Positions 1-10,639 of a stretch of DNA of 64,000 bases are shown here, in pieces (position 1 is the first letter of the stretch; each line of letters begins with the position of its first letter). The notes beneath the pieces are model-generated. The model was not told where the DNA came from, did not search any database, and worked only from the letters and a program-made list of their open reading frames with translations. This DNA comes from Desulfatiglandales bacterium (GTDB lineage: Bacteria > Desulfobacterota > DSM-4660 > Desulfatiglandales > HGW-15), in the NCBI GenBank assembly GCA_963667015.2, contig CAXXJJ010000001.1, positions 384,001-448,000 on the forward strand, given 5' to 3'. The translations under genes and the position numbers were made by a program.

Positions 1-114
1 GAATCCAACATCAATCAGCTTATGCCCATGGGTGCAGTCGGAAAAGACGGCCTGGGTACAATTACAAAACACCTGCTTTGTAAGGTTTACAAGGTAGACA
101 GCAATAACTGCTGA
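1..114 (+). CDS. 3' end of a probable molybdopterin-dependent oxidoreductase catalytic subunit (partial, runs off the window)
   Basis: Frame 1 reads ESNINQLMPMGAVGKDGLGTITKHLLCKVYKVDSNNC*. The SNIN...G...CKVYK tail resembles molybdopterin-dinucleotide-binding C-termini, and a 4Fe-4S partner gene follows. Confidence 0.6.
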   Translation, partial: ESNINQLMPMGAVGKDGLGTITKHLLCKVYKVDSNNC

Positions 115-158
115 TCCTTTGATCAGCATGATAAAAAGATCAGATTGGACAAAATATT

Positions 159-503
159 ATGAGTAAAAAACCTGAATACGGACTTCTTATAGATTATGAA
201 TACTGCACCGGGTGTTATGCATGCCAGGTTGCATGTGCCCAGGAATACAAATGGCCGGCCGGGATGGGCGGCATTAGGGTAACAGAGATTGTTGAAGACC
301 TGCCCAATGACAGGCACTATTTAAAATTCATACCCATGCCTACAGAGCTGTGCATCCTCTGTGCCCCAAGGACCAAAAGAGGTGAAAAACCGGCCTGCGT
401 TCAGACCTGTATGGCGGCCTGCATGAAATACGGGAAGATAGAGGATCTTGCGAAGGAAATAACAAAACCCAGGATGGTTCTCTGGGTGCCCAAGGCGGGG
501 TAA
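159..503 (+). CDS. 4Fe-4S dicluster protein, small subunit of a Mo/W oxidoreductase
   Basis: YGLLIDYEYCTGCYACQVAC, CILC and PACVQTCMAAC cysteine motifs. Confidence 0.85.
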   Translation: MSKKPEYGLLIDYEYCTGCYACQVACAQEYKWPAGMGGIRVTEIVEDLPNDRHYLKFIPMPTELCILCAPRTKRGEKPACVQTCMAACMKYGKIEDLAKEITKPRMVLWVPKAG

Positions 504-505
504 AT

Positions 506-545
506 TTAACGTCATGAGATAATTATAATTATCTCATGACGTTAA
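506..545. terminator. 40-bp perfect palindrome between convergent genes, probable bidirectional terminator
   Basis: ttaacgtcatgagataatta|taattatctcatgacgttaa. Confidence 0.7.
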
Positions 546-722
546 TTCCTTATATTTATAGATAACTGTCCCGACACGTTCCCCGGCCAGGGCCTTTGTT
601 GTAATATTGCCGGGTACCATTCCGTTGATTATCCGGACGCTTTCAATAACTTCACTGTTTTCTATTATATCAAGGCACGGCCTTTCGATTACCAGGTCGT
701 CCTTATCCCGAACAAGTGACAT
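534..722 (-). pseudogene. Internally deleted molybdenum-storage-protein/uridylate-kinase-like gene (62 aa remnant)
   Basis: Strong RBS (AAGGAG-N6-ATG). MSLVRDKD is joined directly to DLVIERPCL...IINGMVPGNIT.KALAGERVGTVIYK, which matches the C-terminus of amino-acid-kinase-fold MoSto-like proteins (normally ~270 aa). Confidence 0.65.
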
Positions 723-825
723 TTTTTACTCCTTATTGCGAAGCGCAAGGTTAATATCTCGTCGCTTGCTGCGATTAAACAGATTTATTCCTTATTTGAT
801 GCTTCGCTTCCTGTGGCCTGGCAGT

Positions 826-1035
826 TCATTTATTCTTTTTCTCTTTTTTGCCGCCTTTACGAAGCAGTATCAATTCCGAACCTGTTTCTTCTGAAATATG
901 CTCCAGCTCGCTCATCCTCAAATGATCGGTGAACACCTTGATATTTGCATCAGCAACCGCAACAATCCGAAATCTTGATTTTTTCTCTCCATCAGCTACC
1001 TTTCTGCGTTCTCTGTAAAATATTTTCCCTGACAT
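826..1035 (-). CDS. Small hypothetical protein upstream of the MoSto-like gene
   Basis: AAGGAGG RBS before ATG at 1035 (MSGKIFYRERRK...). Confidence 0.7.
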   Translation of the reverse strand: MSGKIFYRERRKVADGEKKSRFRIVAVADANIKVFTDHLRMSELEHISEETGSELILLRKGGKKEKKNK

Positions 1036-1308
1036 AAAAACCTCCTTCAAGAATTATATTGTTACCGCCTATATATAAATGATGGCATTATACTAAATAA
1101 AAATGAAGGGTTAAAGTATTAAAAAGCTGTAATATCAATTAATTACACTGGTTGTTTTTCTCTTTGGGGGTTACCCCTGTCATTTTAAAGCCCTGTTTTG
1201 TATCCATTGGGTTGGCGCGTCTTAAAATTACCATAAAAGAACTAATTCGCAGCAAACGAAGATGTATTAGACCTTACGCTTTGCAATAAATTCTATTCTC
1301 TTTCTAGC

Positions 1309-1342
1309 CTTAATCTTTTCTTCATTTATCACCTGCTACAAT
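1309..1342 (+). promoter_or_regulatory. PmrA/QseB-like direct-repeat box with -10 element, upstream of arnB
   Basis: CTTAAT-N5-CTTCAT (1309-1325), 11 bp, then TACAAT (1337-1342); the same architecture recurs at 10573-10606. Confidence 0.65.
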
Positions 1343-1384
1343 TCGGGGCATAGTATAAATTTCAATATAAATAGAGGATGAATA

Positions 1385-2533
1385 ATGAGAGAAAATTTTT
1401 TGCCTTTCTCAAGACCTTCAATTTCAGAAAATGAAATCTCCGCAGTATCTGAAGTCATCAGGTCGGGATGGATTACAACCGGAGCAAAGGCAGCGGAGTT
1501 TGAAGATGCCTTCATGAAATATTGCGGTGCCGGGAACGCAGTGGCTTTGTCCTCAGCCACTGCCGGAATGCATCTGGCGCTAAAAGCACTTGGTATAGGC
1601 CCCGGCGACGAGGTAATTACCCCTTCCATGACCTGGGTTTCAACAGTGAATCTAATTGTGCTTTCGGGTGCGACTCCGGTGTTTGCTGATATTGATTTCG
1701 ATACACTTATGATTTCCGCGGAAAATATTGAACATCTCATCACGGATCGTACAAAACTGATTATCCCGGTACATTTTGCAGGTGCCCCTGTGGACATGGA
1801 GCCGATCAGACAACTCGCTTCTAAAAAAGGAATACACCTTCTTGAAGATGCTGCCCATGCTGTTGGCACAGAATACATGGGTAATAAAATTGGAAAAAAT
1901 GGTACATCCATTTTTTCATTTCACCCTATAAAAAATATTACCTGTGGCGAAGGCGGGATGTTCTGCTCTGATAATGCCGGACTTATTGAACGTATCCGCC
2001 GGTTAAAATTCCATGGACTTGGTGTGGATGCCTACGACCGGACTACCCAGGGACGCAGCCCCCAGGCAGAGGTGCTGGAACCGGGATTCAAGTATAACCT
2101 GACTGATATAGCTGCAGTACTGGGTATTAGCCAGTTGAACAGACTGGATGAGTTTAATAAAAAAAGAAACCAGTTAGCCATGCTTTATCGTGAATTATTG
2201 TCTAATATAGATGAAATTCTTCCTCTTTCGCTTCCCATATATCCCATGAAACATGCCTGGCATCTTTTCATCATTAGACTGGATACAAAACGTGCAGGTA
2301 TGGACAGGGATACTTTCATGATGAAATTAAAAGAGAAAAATATAGGGACGGGTATCCATTTTAAGGCGGTTCATACGCAGAAATACTACAGGGAAACAAT
2401 GAATCTTACTTCTGGAACTCTGCCTGCTACAGAATGGAATTCGGATAGAATCTGCTCTCTTCCCCTGTTCCCTGGCATGACTGTTGAAGATGTGGATGAT
2501 GTTGTAAATGCCATCAAGGAGGTGCTCCAATGA
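1385..2533 (+). CDS. arnB: UDP-4-amino-4-deoxy-L-arabinose aminotransferase
   Basis: DegT-family PLP enzyme ([35 protein letters not shown]); first gene of the arn operon. Confidence 0.95.
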   Translation: MRENFLPFSRPSISENEISAVSEVIRSGWITTGAKAAEFEDAFMKYCGAGNAVALSSATAGMHLALKALGIGPGDEVITPSMTWVSTVNLIVLSGATPVFADIDFDTLMISAENIEHLITDRTKLIIPVHFAGAPVDMEPIRQLASKKGIHLLEDAAHAVGTEYMGNKIGKNGTSIFSFHPIKNITCGEGGMFCSDNAGLIERIRRLKFHGLGVDAYDRTTQGRSPQAEVLEPGFKYNLTDIAAVLGISQLNRLDEFNKKRNQLAMLYRELLSNIDEILPLSLPIYPMKHAWHLFIIRLDTKRAGMDRDTFMMKLKEKNIGTGIHFKAVHTQKYYRETMNLTSGTLPATEWNSDRICSLPLFPGMTVEDVDDVVNAIKEVLQ

Positions 2534-3531
2534 ATCCGGTGGAACTTTCAATAGTTATCCCTGTTTTTAACGAAAAGGAAAACCTTCCTGAGCTTATTGA
2601 GCGATGTCTTGCTGCATGCAAAAAAACCGGAAAGATATTTGAAATCATTCTTGTTGACGACGGCAGCAGGGATGGTTCCGGAAGTTTTATTTGTAATGCA
2701 GCAGATGCGCACACCGAGGTGGTAGCTGTTACTCTAAATAGAAATTATGGACAGCATGCGGCTGTAGTCGCAGGCCTGGTGCAGACCGGTGGTGAAATCA
2801 TCATTACCCTGGATGCGGATCTCCAGAATCCGCCGGAAGAGATATCGAACCTCGTAATTGAGATGGAGCGGGGAGTTGATGTGGTTGGTACTGTTCGCCG
2901 GAACAGGCAGGACTCTGTTTTTCGCAGGGCTGCTTCATCTATCGTAAACCGTATGGTCAGGAGGACAACCGGTGTAATGATGCATGATTACGGCTGTATG
3001 CTGAGGGCCTATAGACGATCAGTTGTTGATGCCATGCTTCAATGCCGGGAACATTCCGTGTTTATACCGATACTGGCTAACAGTTTTGCAGGAAGCACAT
3101 CCGAAATTGCTGTTAAACATGCTCCCCGTAAAAAAGGCGAATCAAAATACAGTTTTTTAAAGCTGATTTCGCTTCATTTTGATCTTCTTACCTCAATGTC
3201 AACCTCTCCATTGCGTCTGCTTTCCTATCTGGGCGCTGTAATCTCAATCTGCGGTATCGGTTTTGGAGTGATACTTCTGCTCCTTCGCATTCTGTATGGT
3301 GCAGAGTGGGCCGCAGGAGGAGTGTTCACACTCTTTTCACTGCTTTTTGTATTCATTGGCGCCCAGTTTATAGGGCTTGGTCTGCTGGGTGAGTATATCG
3401 GCAGAATTTATCATGATGTAAGGAGCCGCCCGCGTTTTTTTATTAAAGAAATACGCGGAGCAGATAAATCTTCCGACGAAAATAAATCAGTTGAAAAGCA
3501 GCATTCGGACAGGAAGATTTATCAATTATAA
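2530..3531 (+). CDS. arnC: Undecaprenyl-phosphate 4-deoxy-4-formamido-L-arabinose transferase (GT2)
   Basis: [36 protein letters not shown]; two C-terminal TM helices. Confidence 0.93.
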   Translation: MNPVELSIVIPVFNEKENLPELIERCLAACKKTGKIFEIILVDDGSRDGSGSFICNAADAHTEVVAVTLNRNYGQHAAVVAGLVQTGGEIIITLDADLQNPPEEISNLVIEMERGVDVVGTVRRNRQDSVFRRAASSIVNRMVRRTTGVMMHDYGCMLRAYRRSVVDAMLQCREHSVFIPILANSFAGSTSEIAVKHAPRKKGESKYSFLKLISLHFDLLTSMSTSPLRLLSYLGAVISICGIGFGVILLLLRILYGAEWAAGGVFTLFSLLFVFIGAQFIGLGLLGEYIGRIYHDVRSRPRFFIKEIRGADKSSDENKSVEKQHSDRKIYQL

Positions 3532-3550
3532 TTTGATTCAGGAGAATACA

Positions 3551-5563
3551 ATGAAAACAATTGTACTTGCCTATCATAATATCGGATATGCCGGGATAAA
3601 GACACTTTTATCCAATGGATATGACATCAAAGCGATATTTACTCATAAAGATGATCCAAATGAGAATATATGGTTTGACTCGGTGGCGGAACTGGCAGCG
3701 GCCAATAATATCCCTGTCTACGCGCCCGAAGATATCAACCATCCCCTATGGGTGGAAAGGATCAGAGACCTTGGACCGGATATTCTCTTTTCTTTTTATT
3801 ATCGGGATATGGTGGGAAAAGATATCCTCGGGATACCGCCTCAGGGATGTCTGAACCTTCACGGTTCACTCCTGCCTCGTTACAGAGGCAGATGCCCTGT
3901 GAACTGGGTATTGATTAATGGTGAAAAAGAGACAGGTGTGACACTGCATTATATGACACCTAAGCCCGATGACGGGGATATTGTGGGGCAAAGGCCAGTC
4001 CTGATAACTAATAACGATAATGCCATGAGTCTGTTTACAAAACTTACCACTGTGACAGCGGAGCTGCTCGCAGAACTGCTTCCAATGATCAAAGAGAAAT
4101 GCGCCCCTCGTAATCCTCAGGACAATTCGCGGGCGACCTATTATGGGGGACGAAGACCGGAAGATGGAGAAATTGACTGGAGGCAGGATGCCTCAACTGT
4201 CAGAAACCTGGTGCGGGCTGTAACAAGGCCATACCCCGGGGCATTTTCATATCTTGGAAATCGCAAATGTTTTTTCTGGCAGGTCAGCGCGCTCTCAACA
4301 TCACAGAATGAATCTCCCGGTACGATATTATCCATTGATCCCCTGACAATATCCTGTGGTGATGGCGAAGTGACTGTTCAATTCTGCCAGATTGAAAACG
4401 GTGTGTATACCAGTGGAAGGCAGCTTGCTACAGAGTTAAATCTGGCTCCCGGTATGTATTTTGATGGTCAGACGGCTGTGATCAATGAACAACATCGGAA
4501 GAAAAATGTCCTTATACTTGGAGCAAACGGATTTATCGGAAATCACCTTAGTGAAAGGCTGCTTAAAAGCGGTAAATATGAAGTATATGGCATGGATTTA
4601 TGTTCAAATACACTGACACGCCTTATGGATCATCCGGACTTTCATTTTCAGGAAGGCGATATTTCAATTATGCGTGAGTGGATAGAATATCATGTCAGGA
4701 AGTGTGATATTATTTTACCCCTGGTAGCCATTGCAACCCCTATAGAATATGTAAGGAATCCTTTAAGGGTTTTTGAGCTGGATTTTGAGGAAAACCTGCG
4801 AATCATACGTTACTGTGTAAAATATGGAAAAAGGCTTATCTTCCCATCCACGTCAGAGGTCTACGGCATGTGCGATGACCCGGAATTTAACGAACAGGAT
4901 TCAAACTTTGTCCTTGGACCAATACATAAGCAGCGCTGGATCTATTCCTGCAGTAAACAGATGCTGGACCGCGTAATCTGGGCATATGGCAAACAGCATG
5001 GTTTAAATTTTTCACTTTTCAGGCCATTTAACTGGGTCGGCCCAAGGCTGGATTCCCTGGAATCCGCGAGGATAGGAAGTTCCAGGGTGATAACCCAGTT
5101 TATTCTGAACCTGGTAGAAGGGACACCCATTCGTCTTGTTGACGGGGGAAAACAGAAACGATGCTTTACAGATGTCAAGGATGGGATCGAATGCCTCTTT
5201 AGAATTATTGAAAATAAAAACGACTTATGTAACGGGGAGATTTTTAATATTGGAAATCCTGATAACGAATACAGCATGGAGGAGCTTTCCAGCCTTCTTA
5301 TTAAAAAGTTTTCAGTTCATCCTCTTCGTTCTCACTTCCCTCCCGATGGCGGGATTCAGCATGTCGAAGCGCATGCCTATTACGGATCAGGGTACCAGGA
5401 TGTCCAGCATAGAAGACCATCTGTCAAACAGGCTCATAGTATCCTGGGATGGAAGCCAAATGTGTCCTTTGAGCAATCTGTGAGCGAGACCCTGGATTTT
5501 TTCCTGGATGATTTTATAAGCTGTACAATGGGGGATTCATGCAATCAGTCGGCCTGCGCGTAG
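3551..5563 (+). CDS. arnA: Bifunctional UDP-Ara4N formyltransferase / UDP-glucuronate decarboxylase
   Basis: N-terminal formyltransferase ([12 protein letters not shown]) fused to an SDR domain ([23 protein letters not shown]). Start placed at ATG 3551 after CAGGAG. Confidence 0.95.
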   Translation: MKTIVLAYHNIGYAGIKTLLSNGYDIKAIFTHKDDPNENIWFDSVAELAAANNIPVYAPEDINHPLWVERIRDLGPDILFSFYYRDMVGKDILGIPPQGCLNLHGSLLPRYRGRCPVNWVLINGEKETGVTLHYMTPKPDDGDIVGQRPVLITNNDNAMSLFTKLTTVTAELLAELLPMIKEKCAPRNPQDNSRATYYGGRRPEDGEIDWRQDASTVRNLVRAVTRPYPGAFSYLGNRKCFFWQVSALSTSQNESPGTILSIDPLTISCGDGEVTVQFCQIENGVYTSGRQLATELNLAPGMYFDGQTAVINEQHRKKNVLILGANGFIGNHLSERLLKSGKYEVYGMDLCSNTLTRLMDHPDFHFQEGDISIMREWIEYHVRKCDIILPLVAIATPIEYVRNPLRVFELDFEENLRIIRYCVKYGKRLIFPSTSEVYGMCDDPEFNEQDSNFVLGPIHKQRWIYSCSKQMLDRVIWAYGKQHGLNFSLFRPFNWVGPRLDSLESARIGSSRVITQFILNLVEGTPIRLVDGGKQKRCFTDVKDGIECLFRIIENKNDLCNGEIFNIGNPDNEYSMEELSSLLIKKFSVHPLRSHFPPDGGIQHVEAHAYYGSGYQDVQHRRPSVKQAHSILGWKPNVSFEQSVSETLDFFLDDFISCTMGDSCNQSACA

Positions 5564-6423
5564 ATGTTGACACCCTGAGGGGAACCAGAATCGGGGTGCC
5601 AAACCTGGTCAGACTTTTAGGAAAGAACGATATAAAGGCAACATTCTTCTTTTCCGTTGGTCCTGACAATATGGGACGGCATCTTTGGCGTCTTATAAGA
5701 CCCGCGTTTCTGATTAAAATGCTCAGGACAAGGGCAGCCAGTCTTTATGGATGGGATATTTTGTTAAGGGGAACCATATGGCCAGGTCCTATAATCGGCG
5801 AACAATGTTCAACTCAGATCAGGGGAGTTTCAGATGCAGGGCATGAAACAGGCCTTCACGCCTGGGACCATCATAAATGGCAGAAGAAGATAGAATCGAT
5901 GGCTCAAGCCGAGGTATATAAGGAAATACGGAAGGGCTTTAACCTGCTCAAAGATATCCTGGGCAAGCCTCCGGAATGTTTTGCCTCTCCTGCCTGGAAA
6001 ATCACTCCTGAAGCTCTTTCTGTAATTGACCAGTTTCCCTTCAGGTTTCAATCTGATTGTCGCGGTCACAGTGTCTATCGCCCGATACACAATGGCAGGA
6101 AATTATTTCATGTCCAGGTGCCTGCAACACTCCCAACATATGATGAACTGGTCGGTCGGAAATGCAGCGTAGAGACATATAACGATTATCTTCTGGATAT
6201 GATGCAGCCTGACTCCTTAAATGTATTGACGATACATGCAGAAGTCGAAGGAAACTCCTGTTTACCTCTGTTTGAGGATTTCTTAAATAAGGCAGGAAAG
6301 CGGGATTTTGAATTTATTCCTCTTGGAACGCTTTTTACAGGCACTGAAAACATAGGCACGTCAGAAATAGTGTCTGGTAAGGCGCCGGGGCGGGACGGAT
6401 GGATCTCATGCCAGAGACAGTAA
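5539..6423 (+). CDS. arnD: Undecaprenyl-phospho-L-Ara4FN deformylase
   Basis: [37 protein letters not shown]. Confidence 0.93.
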   Translation: MQSVGLRVDVDTLRGTRIGVPNLVRLLGKNDIKATFFFSVGPDNMGRHLWRLIRPAFLIKMLRTRAASLYGWDILLRGTIWPGPIIGEQCSTQIRGVSDAGHETGLHAWDHHKWQKKIESMAQAEVYKEIRKGFNLLKDILGKPPECFASPAWKITPEALSVIDQFPFRFQSDCRGHSVYRPIHNGRKLFHVQVPATLPTYDELVGRKCSVETYNDYLLDMMQPDSLNVLTIHAEVEGNSCLPLFEDFLNKAGKRDFEFIPLGTLFTGTENIGTSEIVSGKAPGRDGWISCQRQ

Positions 6424-6454
6424 ACTTCATCAAGGTTTTAAAATTGTGGATAAT

Positions 6455-8122
6455 ATGAAAAAATATCTAATTATACTTTTACTTTGCTTTTATTTTCTGT
6501 GTTATATTCTTCCTCTCGGATCTGCCAGTCTTTTTACTCCAGATGAAACACGCTATGCAGAGATTCCGCGTGAGGTGATAACCGGCGGTGACTGGATTGT
6601 TCCTCATCTAAACGGCCTGCGCTATTTTGAAAAGCCCGTATTTGGCTATTGGGCGCATGCTGTTTCACAGATGATCTTTGGTGAAAACAATTTTGCAGTG
6701 CGTCTTCCGTCTGCAGTTTCTGTAGGTCTTTCCGCCCTATTAATATTTCTGCTGGTCCGACATATATCCTGTAATGAAAAGGAAAAAATGGGCCGTACAG
6801 CGGCACTGGCTGCCCTGATCTTTTTATCCTGTTTGGGGGTGTTCGGTGTTGGTAATATTGCCGTACTCGACAACCTGTTTTCATTTTTTCTAACTGCGTC
6901 GATAGCTTCCTTTTATTTTGCCTCCGAAGAACAGTCGGGATCTATTAAAGAAAATATCTTTCTTATTCTTTCAGGAATTGCCTGTGGCCTTGCTTTCCTT
7001 ACAAAGGGATTTCTTGCCTTCGCGATCCCGGTTTTAACCATTGCGCCATATCTGATATGGGAAAAAAGATACAGGGATTTGCTTCGCATGAGCTGGTTGC
7101 CGATTTTGATAGCCTTAATAGTAGTTTTACCCTGGGGTATCCTGGTCCATATGAGAGAACCGGATTTCTGGAATTTCTTTTTCTGGAATGAACATATACG
7201 ACGCTTCATGAAAAGTAATGCCCAGCATAAAGAATCATTCTGGTTTTTCTTTAAGGCGGCGCCGGGAATGTTTCTGCCATGGACATTCCTGATTCCTGCA
7301 GCAGTCGCCGGCGTGAAACCGGTTATAACCGGCGATTCCGATCGATCAAGATTGATACGGTTTTCACTGTGCTGGCTCGTGCTGCCGTTTTTATTCTTTT
7401 CGGCTTCAAGCGGTAAACTGCTTACATATATTCTTCCATGTTTTCCGCCATTTGCAATTCTCATGTTTTTGGGACTAATCAACATCCTGAATAAAGAGCG
7501 TAAAAATATTTTTAAATGGGGAGTCACAGGCACAGGCATATTTTTTGGTTTGATACTTCTTGCCCTGATATATTTTCAGTTAGCCGGTTTTAACGATTTT
7601 CGACTGTTCAAACACTCCTGGAAGGCAATCATGCTTGCCAACAGCCTGATTGTTATCATTTTATTCTGTTTCCTGGCAAATAAAAGCATTAAAGCAACGG
7701 GTAAAATTCTGATGCTCGGGCTTTCGCCATTTCTGTTTTTTATTGTGATCCATTATACTATCCCCAATCAGAGTACCGCTTCAAAAATACCCGGAATAGT
7801 ACTGGAAAGACATAGAAACATAAGCAATGATACAATTATCATTTCAGATGAAAGTACGATTGCTGCAGCATGCTGGTATATGCACCGTAACGACATTTAC
7901 CTGCTTGAAGGTGGCGGTGAGTTGAATTACGGGTTAACATATCCCGATGCATCTGAAAGACTGATTGACTTAAATTCGGTTGCAGATTTTATTCAGAAAA
8001 ACAGGGGTAAAATAGTCCTCACAGGTAGAGTCAGAAATCTGAAAAAATGGAAGGAGTTTCTACCCGCTCCTGATTTTCAGGATGACAGCGGACCTAAAGG
8101 ATATGCTTTATGGACGTATTGA
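6455..8122 (+). CDS. arnT: Lipid A 4-amino-4-deoxy-L-arabinose transferase
   Basis: PDETRYAEIPRE, LRYFEKP, LTKGFLA, FFWNEHIRRF; multi-TM protein. Confidence 0.93.
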   Translation: MKKYLIILLLCFYFLCYILPLGSASLFTPDETRYAEIPREVITGGDWIVPHLNGLRYFEKPVFGYWAHAVSQMIFGENNFAVRLPSAVSVGLSALLIFLLVRHISCNEKEKMGRTAALAALIFLSCLGVFGVGNIAVLDNLFSFFLTASIASFYFASEEQSGSIKENIFLILSGIACGLAFLTKGFLAFAIPVLTIAPYLIWEKRYRDLLRMSWLPILIALIVVLPWGILVHMREPDFWNFFFWNEHIRRFMKSNAQHKESFWFFFKAAPGMFLPWTFLIPAAVAGVKPVITGDSDRSRLIRFSLCWLVLPFLFFSASSGKLLTYILPCFPPFAILMFLGLINILNKERKNIFKWGVTGTGIFFGLILLALIYFQLAGFNDFRLFKHSWKAIMLANSLIVIILFCFLANKSIKATGKILMLGLSPFLFFIVIHYTIPNQSTASKIPGIVLERHRNISNDTIIISDESTIAAACWYMHRNDIYLLEGGGELNYGLTYPDASERLIDLNSVADFIQKNRGKIVLTGRVRNLKKWKEFLPAPDFQDDSGPKGYALWTY

Positions 8123-8376
8123 AACGGATTTTTAATGCAGATATTTCAAGCCCCTATATTTTAACAGGTCTATTATGTTATGCTGTCAGCGTGGTGGTCT
8201 GGCTGATGGTTCTTTCAAGGGTTGAAGTCAGCTATGCATATCCCCTCCTTTCAATTGGTTACATAGTTACAGCATTTGCAGGGTATTATTTTTTTAATGA
8301 ATCGATTAACATCACACGCTGGTCAGGTATATTAATAATCTGTTTTGGAGTATGGCTGATCACTAAAACAGGGTAA
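8110..8376 (+). pseudogene. N-terminally truncated EamA/SMR-type undecaprenyl-P-Ara4N flippase subunit (ArnE/F-like)
   Basis: WLMVLSRVEVSYAYPLLS motif present, but only 88 aa with three TM helices; start overlaps the arnT end by 13 nt. Confidence 0.65.
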
Positions 8377-8425
8377 AAGATCAGCTTCTTATACTATCTG
8401 ATCAGCGTGAAAAATCGGAGATTCC

Positions 8426-9106
8426 ATGAGAATTCTAATTGTCGATGATGAACTCTCCTTGCTTCAGCAGTTGCAGCAGATTTTACTTGGCGAACGCTAT
8501 ACCGTTGAAACGGCATCTGATGGAGAAAAGGCCCTGGATAAGATATTCGAGTCGGCATTTGACCTGATTATACTGGATATAATGATGCCTAAAATTGACG
8601 GGATGACTGTTCTGGAACATGCCCGAGAGGCAGGTATAGATACTCCGGTCCTGATGCTGACAGCAAAGGGTGATGTGGAAGACAGGATCAGGGGTCTTGA
8701 TCTTGGGGCGGATGATTATATGCCTAAGCCTTTCTCTCTGGATGAATTGCTGGCGCGCGTACGTGCACTTTTAAGAAGGACAGGAAGTCAGAGTGATTCA
8801 CTGTTGAAAATTCATGACCTCCAGCTTGATACAGTAAGCCGGGAAGTTACAAAGGGGGGAAACACGGTTGAACTTACCCCCAGAGAGTTCTCAATACTCG
8901 AATTTCTTCTCTATAACAAAAACAGGGCTGTGTCGCGATTTAATCTGGCAGAACATGTATGGGGTGATGATTATGATTCATTCAGCATGTCGAATTTTAT
9001 GGATGTTCATATTAAAAACCTGCGCCAGAAAATAGGAGATACGGGTAAAGGAAACATCATCCGCACTATTCGGGGTGTCGGGTACATAATCGAGGATTCC
9101 GAATAA
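8426..9106 (+). CDS. OmpR-family response regulator
   Basis: REC (LDIMMP, GADDYMPKPF) plus winged helix (IRTIRGVGY). Confidence 0.95.
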   Translation: MRILIVDDELSLLQQLQQILLGERYTVETASDGEKALDKIFESAFDLIILDIMMPKIDGMTVLEHAREAGIDTPVLMLTAKGDVEDRIRGLDLGADDYMPKPFSLDELLARVRALLRRTGSQSDSLLKIHDLQLDTVSREVTKGGNTVELTPREFSILEFLLYNKNRAVSRFNLAEHVWGDDYDSFSMSNFMDVHIKNLRQKIGDTGKGNIIRTIRGVGYIIEDSE

Positions 9107-10503
9107 TGTCTATCAAATACAGGATTGCCATACTTGTTACTGCTGCCGGTTTTATCGCCAGCCTGCTTTTTTCCCTGGTAGTATTTTATGAGTTGATTGA
9201 ACAGCCATTTGAAATTCTGGATATGGAATTGAAAGAGGAGGCAAATCGTGCTGTTAACATCATCAAAATAAATCAGGGACAGTCAGAATCTGAAATAATG
9301 GATACTCAAATCCTTGAATTTCCTACCTGGCTAAAAATATTTGAAAATAATTCAGACAGGGAACTCTGGCACTCAAAGGCAGCAGATCAGATTGGTATTC
9401 CAACAGTAAACCCGGGTCCCTCAGCAACTGTAGATGCTGTTGTTCTTGATGATGAAATTAATTTTGGACAGGATAGCGATAAAAAAGCTGCCTTCCGGAC
9501 CAGGTCTTTCGAACTCATGGCAGGCGGGAAAAAAGTGAGAGTGCAGGTAGCTCTGCCCATGGTTAAGCTTAAAAACGAGATACATGAGTTGATCTTTGGT
9601 CTTATTGCAGGGTTGATTTTTTCTACCCTGGTTCTGATAGTTATCAGTTATTTTGTGGCAGGCAAAATATTAAAGCCAATCGGGAGAATGAAAGATCTGG
9701 CGCACAGTATCAGCGCAAAAAATCTGGATCAAAGGATACCGGTTAAGAATGGAAAAGATGAATTTAATGAACTTGCCCGGACCGTAAATGTCATGCTGGA
9801 CCGACTTCAATTTTCCTTTGTCAGGCAGCGGGATTTTCTCTTTGACACTTCCCATGAATTGAAAACACCGCTTACAACAATACGGCTTGCATTGGATGCC
9901 ATCTGCTCTTCCGAATATATGGAAAAAGTAAATCCCTCATCAAAGGAGAGTCTTTTAAGGGTAAATGAGCAGGTGGCCCGTATGGAAAAACTGGTAAGGG
10001 ATCTGCTGAATCTTTCTTCACTGGAAATATTGAACAAAATAGATCCGGAACCGGTTAATTTGAAAAAAATATTATTGTTTTTGATAGAAGATTATCAAAT
10101 TCTGGCAGCAGCAAAAAATATCCATATAGATGTTAGTTCTCCGGAAGATCAGGCAATTCGGGGAGATAAAGAAAAAATTAAACGCGCACTCTCAAATATA
10201 CTGGATAATGCCATTAAGTATAATGTTGACGGGGGACGGGTCCAGATAACTGTGAGTTCTACCGATACTGAAGTAACTGTAGTTATTGCCAACACTGGAC
10301 CTGGTATTCCGGAAGATGAAATTCCAAAGGTTTTTGATCAGTTTTACCGGGCGGAAAAATCCAGATCAGCCGGTCTTGGCGGTTCCGGCCTGGGGTTGAC
10401 AATAGTGAAACGTATTATCGAACTGCATGGAGGTAAGGTCAGTTTTAATAGCCGGCAAGGAGATTGGACAAGGGTAACTGTAACATTTTCAAGGCCGGTG
10501 TAG
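9106..10503 (+). CDS. Membrane sensor histidine kinase (HAMP-HisKA-HATPase)
   Basis: Two TM helices, SHELKTPL, NILDNAIKY, GSGLGL. Confidence 0.95.
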   Translation: MSIKYRIAILVTAAGFIASLLFSLVVFYELIEQPFEILDMELKEEANRAVNIIKINQGQSESEIMDTQILEFPTWLKIFENNSDRELWHSKAADQIGIPTVNPGPSATVDAVVLDDEINFGQDSDKKAAFRTRSFELMAGGKKVRVQVALPMVKLKNEIHELIFGLIAGLIFSTLVLIVISYFVAGKILKPIGRMKDLAHSISAKNLDQRIPVKNGKDEFNELARTVNVMLDRLQFSFVRQRDFLFDTSHELKTPLTTIRLALDAICSSEYMEKVNPSSKESLLRVNEQVARMEKLVRDLLNLSSLEILNKIDPEPVNLKKILLFLIEDYQILAAAKNIHIDVSSPEDQAIRGDKEKIKRALSNILDNAIKYNVDGGRVQITVSSTDTEVTVVIANTGPGIPEDEIPKVFDQFYRAEKSRSAGLGGSGLGLTIVKRIIELHGGKVSFNSRQGDWTRVTVTFSRPV

Positions 10504-10572
10504 AATCTAATTTAAAGTGAAGCGGCTATTATTGCTCTTATAAAAAGACACCTGATTACTTATTCCTTCTCG

Positions 10573-10606
10573 CTTAATCCTTTCTTCATCTTTCATTTGT
10601 TACTAT
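10573..10606 (+). promoter_or_regulatory. Second PmrA/QseB-like box with -10 element, upstream of the PepSY-like/eptA/RND genes
   Basis: CTTAAT-N5-CTTCAT (10573-10589), 11 bp, then TACTAT (10601-10606). Confidence 0.65.
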
Positions 10607-10639
10607 TCCATCCACAAACGATTTATAAAGGAGGAATAT

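Noticed and set aside
109..162. TGC-TGA at the end of the first ORF; read-through would end at the ATGA overlap with the next gene, suggesting a second Cys-Sec
   Set aside because: The only hairpin (tgctgatc-cttt-gatcagca, 109-128) contains the UGA itself and has no G loop, and the ORF already ends where such proteins usually end.
1055..1095. Possible ModE box upstream of the Mo-related genes
   Set aside because: Only a partial cgcctatata half-site; no matching second arm.
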